A stretch of DNA of 64,000 nt, taken from the NCBI GenBank assembly GCA_028534125.1, contig CM052818.1:16742001-16806000 (forward strand). The letters are read 5' to 3'. This DNA is from Lama glama. Its lineage: Eukaryota. This document shows positions 11,350 to 24,048 of the stretch, in pieces. The translations under genes and the position numbers were made by a program. Numbering within the stretch: the stretch's first letter is position 1; each line of letters opens with the position of its first letter. The notes beneath the pieces were generated by a model that searched no databases, was not told the origin of the DNA, and saw only the letters and a list, made by a program, of their open reading frames with translations.

Positions 11350-11715
11350 AGCTCTACTTAGCTATCCCATAATCCGCAAAGACATGCCCAGATCCTAAAT
11401 TATTGATTCATTAACAAGCTCTTCCAACTAAAAAAGCATGTTCCAAATAACTCAGGACATATGCATCCTCTCTCAGAAACAGCCTTAAGTGTAGTCACGT
11501 GAACTGAATGTAGAATAGGGATGTGGTCACGATGACTGGACTTTGGGCCTTTCCTTTGGTCATATTTTTGTTTCCTAAGATAAACATAAGACATGCTCAA
11601 ATGGGATAATCCATTTATTTATTATTTTGTTCTAAGTTTGTAACAGGATCTTTTGTAAACATTGGTTGTTCAAAATATGTCACCACAAATTCCACTTCCA
11701 CAATGTGGGAAAAAG
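11350..11715 (-). pseudogene. EBLM: Endogenous bornavirus-like matrix protein (M) remnant
   Basis: One frame reads EVEFV...KDP...K*MDY...LHLRL...AFLV...NLGSG...D, against BoDV-1 M EIDFV...KEP...KLTDY...MFLRL...AFNV...NIGVG...D, with similar spacing. The 5' end is cut by the L1 at 11718. Confidence 0.65.
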
Positions 11716-11717
11716 GG

Positions 11718-13200
11718 ATACTCCAAAAGAGACTCTCCCAATTTATAGTTGCATTAACAACATATAAAGTTTTTGTTTTGAGTAACTCACCAAGGCAGAA
11801 TATTATGTTTTGTCTCAATCTGATGAAGAGAAAAGTATGCTGCTATTTTAATTTCTATTTCTCTGCTCACTAGTGAGGTGGAAGGTCATTTTACATATTT
11901 GTTGACCATTTTTGCTTCTTTTTTTCTTTGTAATTTTCCTGTTTATATCTTGGTTCATTTTTCTTTTATTTTATATACTCTGCATATTGATATTCTGTCA
12001 GTTATATATGGAACAGATATGTTTACCAGGCTTCACACTGGCTTTTAAAACTTCTGTTTCTGTTGTCTCTTCCCTTTAGAAGTTTTAGTTTTTATTCCAA
12101 TTGTTATATGGACACACATTTCAGTATTTTTCTTTGCATTGTATTTCTTACTTGACATAGGCCTATATCTCAGTTCTTCAGTATTTTTGGTAACACTTTC
12201 TATTTGCTTTTTCATTTTTCTCTCCTTTTTATTTGATATCTTGTATTATGTATTTCCCTCTTCTTTGGATCCTTTTTACTTCATTACTGGAGCACAACTT
12301 TAGTTAATACTTTCAGGTGGTTTTGCTGATACTCGAATTTCTGAATGCTTGCAGATTTAAAAAATACACATTTTGCCTCTTGATTTAGTATTGGGTTGGT
12401 TGGGTACAAGATACTGGACTCCAAATCAGATCTTTAAGGCTGTCTCCCCATGGTCTTCCTCTAGCCAGTGTAGAAGATAAGTGTGATACCAGTCTGTTTT
12501 TCCTTCTAATAGGGGTGTTTTTGTTCCCCTCTTTCTGGAAGCTTTTTGGTTTTACATCAGAAATCTTCAAAATTATTTTATTTTTAAAAACACGTTATTT
12601 TAATCATAAATATTCTAAGTTTTTATCAAATATCTAAGTGTGAGTCTTTCTCTATTCATGTTTATCAGCATTTGATAAATCTCTAAGCCAAACATGGTTT
12701 GTTTGGTTCTCAGTTTGGGAAATCGTATTTTATCGTGTATACTCTATCTGTTCTGCCTGGAGATTTAATTAGATGAATTTGAGAAGTTTCTTAACTAATC
12801 TCCATGTCTGTTAAACTTTTCTTCATTCATACATTTCATCCCTGCTTTTTTGCTTTGCTTTCTGGAAGTGCCCTTCAGCTCAGTCTTTCAGTTCGCTAAT
12901 TTAAGCTGTAGCTGTTTCCAACCTATTACTATTGAGTTTTTATTTCAAAAGTCTTTACTTATTTTTCAATATCTCCAATTTATTTTTCTTTCCAATGGTA
13001 GTAAGGCCTTAGTTTCTTCAAATTTATACTTGTCTTTGTTACCTGTATTTATTTTTATATCTTCTATTTTATCCAGTGTGAATTCTTCTTTTAGTTAAGA
13101 TTGGTACTTCTTTTTCGCAATGTTGATATCCTTCATATATGTATACTGACTTTTACTTTTCTGCTTAACATTGTGTTTGAAAATGCCTTTGTTAGTGAAT
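11718..13200 (-). mobile_element. Old L1ME/HAL1-type fragments between the P-like and M-like remnants
   Basis: ttaatttctatttctctgctcactagtgagg...ttgttgaccattt (antisense ORF2 end); T-rich antisense ORF1-like sequence at 12300-13150. Confidence 0.7.
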
Positions 13201-13299
13201 TTGGCTATTCATTTATATTTTGAATATTTAGAAAAAATAGAGAAGATGCTTGTCTGTGGGCCTTTTTGCACTTTTCCAGTGGCCTTCTGCACTAGGGAT

Positions 13300-13700
13300 C
13301 TATAACCCTTAAATGCCTGTATTGCCAATTTGAATAGAAGGATCTTTGGATGTGGTGAAGCCCAGGGCAGTGGTTCCACAAAACTTCATTTAAACACGAA
13401 CAGTGGCCATGACTGTGTTTCTGTACATGCCATTGCAATCAAAAGCATTTAATACTGAATGTAGCTCACATTTTATGTTTTTCAAATGTATTAAGATGAA
13501 GTGTTATTATAAAACTGGCAAATAGTTTCACCTGTCAGCAGTTTGTAAGCGCTGATTATCTTTGCCCAATTTATAATTTATTTCTAGCTCCAGTTTTTAA
13601 AAACGTTCAAATTTTCTTTATAGTTTTCCATCCTGATCTTAAGAGCCGTCATTTTGAAAGCAGATCTTTTAAAAACAGAGATTTTCAGTATTGCTTCAGC
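13300..13700 (-). pseudogene. EBLP: Endogenous bornavirus-like phosphoprotein (P) remnant (N-terminal part and X may extend to ~14310)
   Basis: LKDL (~13672) ~ LKDL; LTGETI (13538-13521) ~ LQVETI; then in one frame LKNIK (13485) ~ GENIK, TVMATVRV*M (13416) ~ TMMETMKLMM, TTALG (13374) ~ STAVG. Lies between the N-like and M-like remnants. Confidence 0.65.
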
Positions 13701-14329
13701 TTTGAGCCAACAAGTATTTGTTACTAGCTGGATGATGTCTGTCTACTATATTGTGGAGTTTTATATAGAAGAGATATATTTATTGCCTTTCAAATACTTT
13801 ATTTTAAATAAAGGGGAGCATGGAAGTCATCATAAAATTTGTTTTCAAGAACAAGATACTTCCTAGCAGATTTGGGGGGAAAATATGTTCCTTTAAAGTG
13901 GACAGATTCTTAATGTATTTTTTTTAATTACCATTTTCCATTTTTTGGAATTCCCACTGCTATTTCTATGATAAGGAAAAGTATCCTGAATTATGTATAT
14001 AGGCAGATAAATGTGGAGTCTTTCCTTAGGAGTACTAGCAGTTATCAACAATTTGTTAATAGTCCTCTGAGTAGGACAGTTTCCTCAGAACATAAAGGAA
14101 TAGTAATATCAGTGGTTTCTTACTGTAAGAAAAGGGTAAGACAGGTGCCACTGTTGGGGATGTTAGTTACTTTTTATTATGCTCACACAGAAAATGCTGA
14201 TTCAGACATCCTTTGAAACAGGGAAGAAACATTCCCTGAACTGGAGAGGCACTCCATAGTAGTCCTGGAAAAAGAAAGAAATTGCTGTTCAAGAGAGAGT
14301 GACAAGGATTCCTCACCTCTCTGAACTCA

Positions 14330-15390
14330 AAGAGTAGCTTCCATCTGCTTTCACTGGGTAGGCAGTCTTAGAGACATGAATTCAAGAACATTTAACTGGA
14401 TTTAATCACATGGCAGAAAGCAGAAGCCAAGGGGTCTATCCTATATCTGGACTAATAATCAGTAAATATTCTGTGAGTTGGAAATGTGAACTTCCAGTAT
14501 AAAAGATTTAGAGTGAATTTTGATTGGGAAGCATGGTTTTAGTAATTTGGTGAATGCATAGTCATAAATATAAAACTCCCTGACCAACATACCTTTATTT
14601 TTGAACTAGGAACAGTAATTGAATGAGTAAATAAGTGAATGAATTGGAGAAGAATACAAGTGATTGATGACTCTCAGCTTCAGGAAATTATGTGTTTACA
14701 AACCATAAAAGATCAAACTGATTAGACAGATGTAAAAGTAAGAAGAGAATTTTGAATTTGGATCATTTTATCAGTGGATGCTCAAAGTAAGATACTATTA
14801 TGCATGTATTAAAATAATTAGTTATAAAAATATTGACACTTTTTTACTGTTTTTATATTTTTCTCACTTCAATATCTTTCTAGTCCTAAAGCATGTTTTG
14901 TAAGTTTACTTGTGAAAGGAAAAAAATGGATGAGTTGCTGAATGGCCCATTATTGATGCCTTTGGGTTAAGAATGCTCCTAGTTGTTTCTGGAAGGTGAA
15001 GTTCAGAAGATTTTAAGTATTATTCATTAACTTTCATCTATGAAGACCCTCCTATATGTAATACATTGTGTTCATCTTAATAATATTAAAGGCCTCTTTT
15101 GATGGCAGGTTAGAATTGTTTCTTAGACAGCCCAGGTTCAGAACAGGCACCCAGAGAACATTCTACTGTGAAATCCGAATTAACTATTGATGAGGTGCAA
15201 AAAAACAGAATGGTGTCAGTGTATGACTTGCTTCTTCAAAATAGACTTTTCACTAATAAAACTAAGAGACGCAGAGTTGCCTAAAGTAATTTATTCTTGC
15301 CATCAAGTAAATAGACTTGATTTTTTTTCCAGAAGTTCTTTTGCAGTTGAATAAAAAATCACTCTAAAGAAATGGTTTTTAGCTAATCAT
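14330..15390 (-). pseudogene. EBLN: Endogenous bornavirus-like nucleoprotein (N) remnant
   Basis: Minus-strand peptides vs recalled BoDV-1 N: TLGNS...EKSILKKQV (~15290-15225) ~ TVGGS...EKDIRQNAV; HTLTP (15225-15211) ~ HTVTP; IGGSS*MK (15055) ~ IGSSSKIK; ET..SILNPKASI (~14990-14950) ~ ET..QMFNPHEAI; NYFNTCI (14819) ~ EYLAECM; KLLKPCFP (14548) ~ KLAPRSFP; YWKFTFPT (14499) ~ YWSKKENPT. Confidence 0.85.
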
Positions 15391-18300
15391 TGTTAGAAAA
15401 CACATTCAGACTATCAACTTGAAATTGATCTTCAGTTCTAAGATAAATCTGTATGGTTTTTCTCCATGTTTTTTCTGCCTGTTTACTAGTTGTTATTTCA
15501 AGGTTCGTACATTTTACACCTCCCTCCTTGCAAGATGAAATTGGAATAGACCCTATAAACAACCAAAATGAAGGATGGAAGCGCAAATGTTCTTTGAGAT
15601 TCCAAGATTAAAAGAATCTATGTCAGTTATTTTCAAGGCCACTATTTTTCTTTTCTTGAAAAAAAAAATCTGGATTTATTTCTAATAATATCACTGAATC
15701 ATTGTTAAAAATCTTCAATCCTCTTTTTATTTGTATAGATTATAAAGACACATATGCACTTATCCATCCTTTGTCCAAGTAGTTGTTAGGCTCTGTGCTT
15801 ACAAAAATGCCTATCACTAGGAGAAAGTCTATACTCACCCTGGAATCCCTTTGTTGGTGGTTGCCATTTCCTTTTCTGAAAGGTGGAAAACACATTGTAA
15901 CTTAAAGGATTTACTTTATGAACTATTCCTTTGGTTAAGAAATTTTGAATCCTTCATGATCAATGGATACATGACAAAAATATAAATCAGATTTTTTTTT
16001 AAACACATAATTAACAGACAGTACAAAATGACTGAAGAGACTATTTTCCACAATGAGTAAATTGGGTAGGTTTCTTATAATTTGGGGAAATAAACATTTT
16101 ATTTCAGAATTCAGTTTGCCTTTCTAGTGTTTTCTATCTCTGGGGAAAGGCTTAGACCTTGTTTTATAAAAGATTTCTGTAATCACTCTTTTTTAAGTTG
16201 GTGTTACATACGTGCATTTTGATGCCATGCTAGGTGATTGTACCTAGAAGAAATAACAAACATTTAGATAATTTGTTAAAAAGGACAATAGGAGACATTG
16301 AGATGTAATAGAAATAATTCTACCACAGGTAATCTTTCTGGATATAAATCTGCAGAACAAATGTGCAGGAAATATAGTCTCAGTTAAAGCAAATTATATA
16401 TTTATAGCAAAATGCAGAGAAGCTCTCTGGGATAATAGGTTTAATAAATGTCACTTTCTAATATAGCAAATTTAGTGTACATTGTGATATTTCACATGTT
16501 ACTTTAGCATGGCATCTATGGATCTTCTTGATTAACTAGAGCAAATACCTTCTTGCATGCATTTATTTACTCCCACTTCTAGATTTGCTACATAACAAAA
16601 GTAGTTTTGTTAAATGATTAACATCTTACAATGATGTTCATAATTAACACCACTATTCCTGATCAATTAATATCTGTCACTTATTTTAAAAGTTGATAGT
16701 AAAAAATAAAGATCTTCATCAGATTGAGGCAGCACTTTAGAAGTTTAACTAGATTTTTCCTAACTGGAAGAACCTCAACTCTAGTGAAAACATGCTAACG
16801 ATAGAAAAATTAAAATAATAATAATAGGCAAAAGATAGCTTCACATGGATTTTTGGCTTATTTGTGCTGTTCACTCTTACTTTTCCTATTACATTTAGCA
16901 ATTTTACTGTGTTATTTACAGAGGACAAACAAGATATTGCTCAAAATATTTGGCTCCCAGTCATGAGACAACTTTTGTTAAAATCAGGGCAAGCAGATGT
17001 TTGAAATCAGTGTTTATGCTTCACCACCTCCCCTTGCCCCTTCCAGGAAAATAGATACTTAAGACTGACAAAGAAACAATATGGGAAAACGTCATTGGAT
17101 GTATTCAGGTCTCCAATTAGTTGTTTACTGAGTAGCCTCTCATTACCTCAGCAGAACACTTAACTGGTGAGATCCTGTGTCAGTCATTTTTAAGTTCAAT
17201 TCAATTTTTATAAATTTTGTTATGCTACAAAATAATTTATAATTTGAACTGTAAATTATATCCCCTGCTGTCATGATAAAGCAATCAAAAGAAAAATAAT
17301 TCTTATCCTTCCATGTTACACATCTGGCCTCTTCTTCTGGTTTCATTGCAAATAATTGGCCACTATCCCAAGATGAGAATACCTGAAAACTGGCAAGTTT
17401 CCAAGGTGTTTGTTAAACAAGGAGGATACTGTGCTGAGAATAGGGATGGAATTGCTGTCACATCGTCCATTGGTGAGAAGTTGTGTCTTCCTTCCAGCTG
17501 GTATAAATATTGCATCTGTTTATCTCAGCTGGAGAATGAACCGCATAGTCGTGTCCCGTAATGGAGAGGAAATCTGGTGTTATTTTTTTGTTTGTTACCA
17601 AATAACACCCTGATGGCTATATAAGGTTATGTGTTTTTAGCTATGTCAAGATTTTTAATATTCCCCATAGTGACTAGCATAATGCCATCAGTAGAGCTTA
17701 TTAAATCAAATTTAGAAAACTCTAGAGAAGAGTATGGACCTATGAGTTATGCTGAAAAAGGTATTTTCCAGTTATATCTCTAGAAAATTATGCAGAAAAA
17801 AAAGGAAAATTACAGAGTAAGTTCAAAACTTACACATTTTAAAACAGTAATCTTGTTTTTTGCACGTAACCAAACATTGATTGGGTACATTATTTCACAC
17901 AGCATATTACTGATAGATCCCACAAGGTCACACATATTAAGGAAGCATCCAGGGATGAAAGTCATTTAACAATTATGCATGTTTTTTCCTTATCATAATT
18001 CCAAGGGAAAAGTATATGGAGTGATTTGACTCGAAGTCAGAATGTGAAATAGGCATGCCCCATAAATTGATATTTTTGAAACCCACACGTATTACTTTAT
18101 TCACCCGTTTAGTCATTCATTTAACACATTTATATATTGACAACCTGCATTACACTCAAAAAACAATGATGTGCAAATTATACTAATAGTATATTCATCC
18201 TAGGATTGCTTGCAATACCAAAAGTTAGAAGGAAAGAAACTGTCCAATGAGAGATATTTAGCTCAATTGTCATATGGTTATTAATAGCATGTTGAACAGA

Positions 18301-18429
18301 GGCTGCAAAACACTGATACAGATCATGTAAATGTGTATCGTTGCTGTGAAAATTCACCTTTACCAAGTGAATAAGGGAGGTTATGGAATGATATTTTAAA
18401 ATATCTTTTTATCTAAAAACAGTTCTGTC

Positions 18430-18560
18430 TGCAATATGCATATATTCTATCCATTTGCATGGTACTTTCTCTAGGAGATATGCCAAAATTTTAATGGTGT
18501 TTTTTTTCTGGGCAGTGGAATTATAGTCATAAGCTTTTCATATGTAGCTTTTCATTGCTT
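18430..18560 (+). mobile_element. L1ME-type 3'UTR fragment
   Basis: ccaaaattttaatggtgtttttttctgggcagtggaattatag. Confidence 0.45.
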
Positions 18561-18561
18561 T

Positions 18562-18695
18562 TCACTGGTAGAGTGAGTGCTTAACATGCATGGGGTTTGG
18601 GGTTCAATTTCCAGTACCTCCATGAAAAATAAACAAACACATAAATAAACCTAGTGACCCCCCAAAAAAGATTAAAAACAATAAACAAACAAAAA
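18562..18695 (+). mobile_element. tRNA-derived SINE, camelid Vic-1-like, 5'-truncated
   Basis: tggtagagtgagtgcttaacatgcatggggtttggggttcaatttccagtacctccat, then A-rich aaataaacctagtgacccccc and an A tail; partial A box and B box ggttcaattt. Confidence 0.8.
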
Positions 18696-21347
18696 TTACC
18701 CCCTTTACCTGTGTAGATCATTATAGCACCAGTAGGAAGATGCACTGCTTTCTGATGGCCAAGTTCTAGTCAAGAAAATGGCCTGGTTAGTTTAGCAAAA
18801 TCATCAACTTGCTACAATGTACATTAGAATTATTCTCAAGAGGAGAGAGCTTTCCTTTCTTAGGTTTTATTTTAAAATCTGCAGTTATGAACATTTTGAA
18901 AATAAGAATAGAACGAATGCCTCATTTTTAATGACTAAACATTTGTTGAGTAAGGCAGATGTTTTCTACCCACTCATTTATGACATGACTTTTTTTTAAA
19001 GGAACCAGATTTACAAAGTGATGCGACTTAAGGTAGCATAATAAATAGGCATCGTCTTTGGTTTTTGGAAGATAAGAAGGTTGAAATGACTTAGATAAAT
19101 TCTGTAGTCTGACTTAGATTCTGGAAAATAGGTCAGAAGAGAGTAGGCATGTGCTTAATGCTTTGGAGAGGCTCATGTGACTTTCAAGCTGTGTGATATT
19201 TCAGCTGAAAAGAGAAATTAGTTTGGATTAACATTAATTATAGCCTATATTTCAGTTAAACCTGTAGTATTTCCTGAAAGAAAATTCAAGTAATAGAGAT
19301 TCTATTCCTTTTTACCAGGGAATGTATAGATGTGAATGTATTATTTAAAATACTAGAATGATTCACAAAAAAGTATTTATAATGAAAATCATATATATAA
19401 TATGTAAAATTATGTATGTTAATATATATCATATATTCTATAAAATATATTCATATTAAAATAGACATTAAAGGCTTTTCATGTTTGTATGAAAAAGAAT
19501 TTTTCTTTTATTATGGAAAATTAAACAAAATGATCATCTTTGACCCCAAAATATGGCTATAGTGACATTTGTAAAGCAAACCAAGATGATATAATCAATG
19601 TGCTCTAAATGTTCTCTCTCATTCCTCGTTTTTTTCTTTTTATGTGCAGTATTTTTAAACGTTAATGAACAATCCCATTATGATTGATGGACCAAGAGAT
19701 ACTGAGCTTCATGAATTACTATTTATATCATTTTAACTAATTTTTTTCACCCTTGTAATTCTATTATGCTATTTGTTTAATTAAAAAGTGGTAATTCTAA
19801 GAATATTAAGTTATGCCTTGAAAATTTCAAATGACCTGTTGAAGAATTAAATTCAACATGAGAAAGCATGTTTGACCTTTGGTTATCATCTTTTTTAATT
19901 TCTGCAAGGAGGTAATGGAATCATTGAATTCTTCTAGGCTATATTTTAATTGGGAATCTCAGGCATGTGTAGCAAACCTGCTCACTTAGGACGTTCAGAA
20001 AGTGATTAACTTGATTTTGCTTAGTGGTGTACTCATTCTTCATCTTAAAGAAATTCATACAGGGTCACATTTCCTGATCACTGTGATCTTCTGAGATTAC
20101 AGATTTGAGTTTTTGTATTTTTCTCCATTAGTTTGAATATTAACTACTTGTGCCCTGGTATTTTTAGTTCAAATATTTCAACTTTACATTTAAATAACAT
20201 GGAACTTACCTTCATTTAACATGTGTAAGTTGTGTGCCTTCTCACATTGTAAGGGGATAACATTTTGGGATGGAGGAAGAAGATAGCATTTTTCTCTCCA
20301 AAACATAAATGAAAAACTGTGCATGACATAGCAATCCAAGAAAATGTAAGAAAATTGTTAAGGTAACCCAGCACTCAATTTATCAATCATCCTCAAAGGG
20401 GAAAAAAAAATTCAAGTGAACACATTCAAAAAATACAATAAAAATCAGTCTTCCTTGAGTTCTAAGGAGGACAAAAACATACCCACTTAGATGCAGAGAC
20501 AGAATCAGTTCCCCTATGTACCTATTGAATTTGCGAGAAGAGAGGAAAGAGATAAAAGAACTAATTGCAAAATAAAATAGCATAGTGCATCTTAAAAGAC
20601 CATAGAGAGGCATTAAGATAGTATAGGTCTTCATCAGAACACAGAGGTGACATAAGCATTACTGGAAGCAGTGCCATACAAGGGACTGAGATTACACATA
20701 GATGTCTAGTTAAGGGGAGGACTTGGGTAAAATTTTTTGATAATGCAAATGGGATTCTTTCCACAGTGGCCCTAAGTCATTGTTTAATCAGGCTAGTCTT
20801 CTCATAGCCTATGTGATAGGTAGCAATCTCAAAAAACAGAACGTAATTTCTTCTTCCCCTAGCATTGATAATTGCTTCCTGCATAACTCTCAGGTTGTCC
20901 CTTCCTGTGAAATAAGCACACTGCAGTAATGGCTATTCCAAAGGAATGGGGTACTCTGATTGACTCATGTGGATGTCAGGTCTATGGAAAGTTGGGGCCA
21001 CATAATTGCATCCCTGTATGAATCCCATGAGTCCTGTATGGCTAGTTCTTAAAAAAAAAAAAAGGAAAGAAAAAGAAAAAAAGGGAAAGAAACAAAAGAA
21101 CATAAGACAGAGCCAATAATTGCAGATGTCCACATAGATAGGATTTATCTTGTCAGAAAATAGGCTTAAGGATATACCAGAAACAGAATGTGAAATAAGA
21201 CTCAAAGGCAGACGTGAACAAGGTATGTTCCTGATTGAGAGCAGGATTGTTTTTAGGGAGCAGCAGAATCATAGGAAAGTTGTTAAAGACATTAGGTGCC
21301 AAGTTGCATTTGCTTTGCAGGCAATGGGAGGCTATAGAAAGAGGTTT

Positions 21348-21366
21348 ATGTGTGTGTGTGTGTGTG
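21348..21366. repeat. (TG)n microsatellite
   Basis: Uninterrupted TG run. Confidence 0.85.
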
Positions 21367-21384
21367 TAATAATCCAATTTAAAT

Positions 21385-22013
21385 CAGTGTTTTTCAAGCT
21401 GTAACTTGGTTTAGATCAGTAGTTCTCAAACTTTTTGGTCTCATGATTCATTTAAATTCTTAAAAATTATTGAGAAGCCTGAAGAGCTTTTCTTTATGTG
21501 ATTTTATTGGTTGATATTTACTGTACTGCAAATTAAAGCTGAAAAAGATTTAAAACAAAAGAATATATACAAGCATATATTTCGTTAACTGTCTGTGATG
21601 ACATCATCATCTCATGTAACTTCTGTAAAATTCTATATACTCATCAGAGAATGAATAAAGCTAATGGTGTTTTCGTATTATTATAAAAAGAATGCTGACC
21701 TTGTGGATCTCCTGAAATAGTCATGGGTAAGCCAAGGGGTCCTTGGACCACATTTTAACAACCACTGCTTTAGAGAATCATGAAATTACTTTAGTGGCTT
21801 ATAATTAGTATTTGTGGAGTGGAATTAAGTAAAATGAAACAGAAGAGGAAGGAATGGAAAGTATGAATGCATTGGAGATATGAAGGATACACATTTTTGT
21901 GAAATTTAATTAATCCGTGTGTGTCTCTGTGTATGTGATTGCATGTATATTTGGTCATAATGCAAAATATTTTTCTTATTAGGAATTTTTGTTTTAGAAG
22001 TGTGAAAATCATC
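21385..22013. mobile_element. hAT-Charlie MITE (MER112-like), split by a second hAT element
   Basis: Starts cagtgtttttcaagctg, resumes tcatgaaattactttagtgg at ~21778, ends tgcaaaatatttttcttatt...gtgtgaaaatcatc. Confidence 0.6.
21417..21767. mobile_element. Charlie1-derived hAT element (MER119-like)
   Basis: TIRs cagtagttctcaaa / tttaacaaccactg; Charlie1 terminal sequences; 8-bp TSD gtttagat/ctttagag. Confidence 0.85.
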
Positions 22014-23179
22014 TTTTAAAGTTATGTTTATGATCAATTTATTCAATATTTTACTGGAAGTTAGATTTCAGGTGGAAAGGAAAAAAAAAAACAGAGTTAG
22101 GGAGAACAGTTACATCAAGGGACTGGTTAAGAGAATGCCATGAACATGAATAGCCAAATTGTTCAAAAAACGAAGAGCTCTTGGATATCTGTGATGAGAA
22201 TAAAAGTCTGAGTGCTTAGAGTAAAGCAAAAGCTCTACTATCAGACAATAAGATGGTCAGCAATTTTAGGTCAGCTTTTCCTTAAATATAACTGTGTCTC
22301 ATATTCTGACAAATATGTTATTCTTTGCAGTTCCTTTATTACAGATCCTGACCTCTTTTCTTCATATCCTGCTGTGTAAGCTTAAAAAGCACAATCCCCA
22401 GGTACTGGTCTCACTTTGCTTTTCAAGCCTAAAGATCTGTCAGGCATATGTCCTATAGATGGGAGTGAATCACAGTCAAAATGAGACTAATATGGAAGAG
22501 AAGCTCATTTCCTGTCCCTTGTCTGGTATTTTGTACAAAAAGTCCTTATTATTCACCACAACGTTTGTTGAAGCAGTCAAACTGTATTCACGTCATAAGA
22601 AAAAATGGCATTTTGAATAATTGAGTGAACGTCAGTTACGGAGCTTTGCATGACTTTCTCTCACTCTCTGCTTGGGTAACCTGAATCACTCAGAGTAGAA
22701 GGAAGTTCTCAGGCTGTTCTGTAATGTTTTGCAAATCATCTCATGAGTGATAGTATCTCTCTGCACCAGATGGGCTGTCTCGTGCCTACAAGGACGTCAT
22801 ACTTGATCTTTCTCTACTTTTACATTACATACTATAGTTTTGAGTATACGAGGTTCAATTAACACATGTTAATCAAATTATTTGATATGAGAAACCAGAG
22901 AACCTCAATAACCATGCTTCTTTTCCCCTTGAAATCCACTAATAATAATACAGATAAATGACAAAAAAAAAATGAAGCTGACACCATAATACTTAACTTC
23001 TGTGGTATATAAAAATTTGGTTAAATCAAAGTTCTCTGTTTATTTAGAGATGAAGAAAGATGATTGTTCCTTATGTTGCCCCTGGAATATTTGAGAACTC
23101 AAAAGCCTTATAAAGGACCAAAGACAGCACAATTGTTTATAGCCTGAGTGCAAATTCTTCTATACTTTTGCTGCATTAG

Positions 23180-23560
23180 CAGATGTTGAAGGAGGTGATG
23201 GTTGTACCCTGTTTTGGGTTGGTTTCACTTCGCACAGAGCATTAAATTCTATCTGTCTTTAGTACTCTCTTTAACAGGAACCCTAGGAAGAATTCAAACA
23301 GGCAAAATGATAAAGAAACTATAAAATCTTGATATTCATACGATTAATGATTGAAGAAACAGGAAATGTTGAATGTAAAGAACATATGACTCTGGAAGCA
23401 GATGATAGCTGTCTTCAAGTGTGTGCTTAGTGGGCTTTTGGGGATAGAATTAAATTCGGATATCTTTAAGACTAATGGGAATTATATAGGGACTGCAATT
23501 AGAAAATCATTAGCCCTCTTGAGAATTGTGCAGGAATAGTTCCTATATATCTCTGCACCT
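23180..23560 (+). mobile_element. L3/CR1 LINE 3' fragment
   Basis: attgaagaaacaggaaatgttgaat...gatgatagctgtcttcaag. Confidence 0.6.
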
Positions 23561-23863
23561 CTCTGGACATTTGCTCTTCCTAGTATTTGCCACTGCTTTT
23601 GAGGGAGTAGGTCTGATGAGTTCAGTTGATAATTAGTGCTCATTTGAGACACAGTGCTGTGTCCATGGCTACTTCTAGAGTTTCCAGCCAGCCTCTAGGT
23701 AAGATGCATTTGCATCAGGTCCCTACTTTCTGGTTTAATCTATAGCCAGCTCTGTGTTAAAAATCACTGAGTCAATTGAAAGGAAGAAACCAGACATGAA
23801 AGGCACTGTGACCAAAACACCCAGTATAGACTGCCATGTGGAAGAGGATATATATCCAGAGGA

Positions 23864-24048
23864 CATGGCTACCGTGTGCAGTTACACAGCTTGTGCCCTG
23901 CATAAGGGCATCTAGCTAAGAAGGCGAGTGGGGGTTGATTTCCAGCTAATACTCATCAAGTCTTGCCTCCAAGGCACTAGGTCTCCACATGGAGGTGGCT
24001 CATTTATCAGTTCCCACAAAAATGTCTTGTAGATTGGTGGTGGCCATG
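23864..24048 (-). mobile_element. MER91A-like hAT-Tip100 MITE
   Basis: TIRs catggctacc / ggtggccatg; ttgtgccctgcataagggc...ggcgagtgggggttgatttccagc. Confidence 0.8.

Larger units (their letters stand above)
3000..15390 (-). other. Near genome-length endogenous bornavirus-like element (EVE), gene order N-P-M-G-L, decayed and interrupted by host transposons
   Basis: More than 30 short peptide matches to recalled BoDV-1 N, P, M, G and L, all on the minus strand, in viral genomic order and with roughly the expected spacing once ~4.5 kb of host repeats are subtracted. Many stops and frameshifts. Ends approximate. Confidence 0.85.

Noticed and set aside
11360..11430. DLGMSLRIMG resembling P (DHSDSIRILG), which would imply a P-G order
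   Set aside because: Another frame of the same region gives a longer collinear M match, and a better P match lies at 13300-13700.
11700..11830. L1-virus chimera formed by template switching at the M-like 5' end
   Set aside because: P-like and N-like remnants continue beyond the L1 at >13300, so the L1 is better explained as a later insertion.
13190..13215. MNSQIH as the M start (BoDV-1 MNSKHS)
   Set aside because: Equally explained by the start of the old L1/HAL1 ORF1; ambiguous.
14260..14335. X protein start (LSSER) and P start (SLLNS)
   Set aside because: Too short and weak to call without formal alignment.
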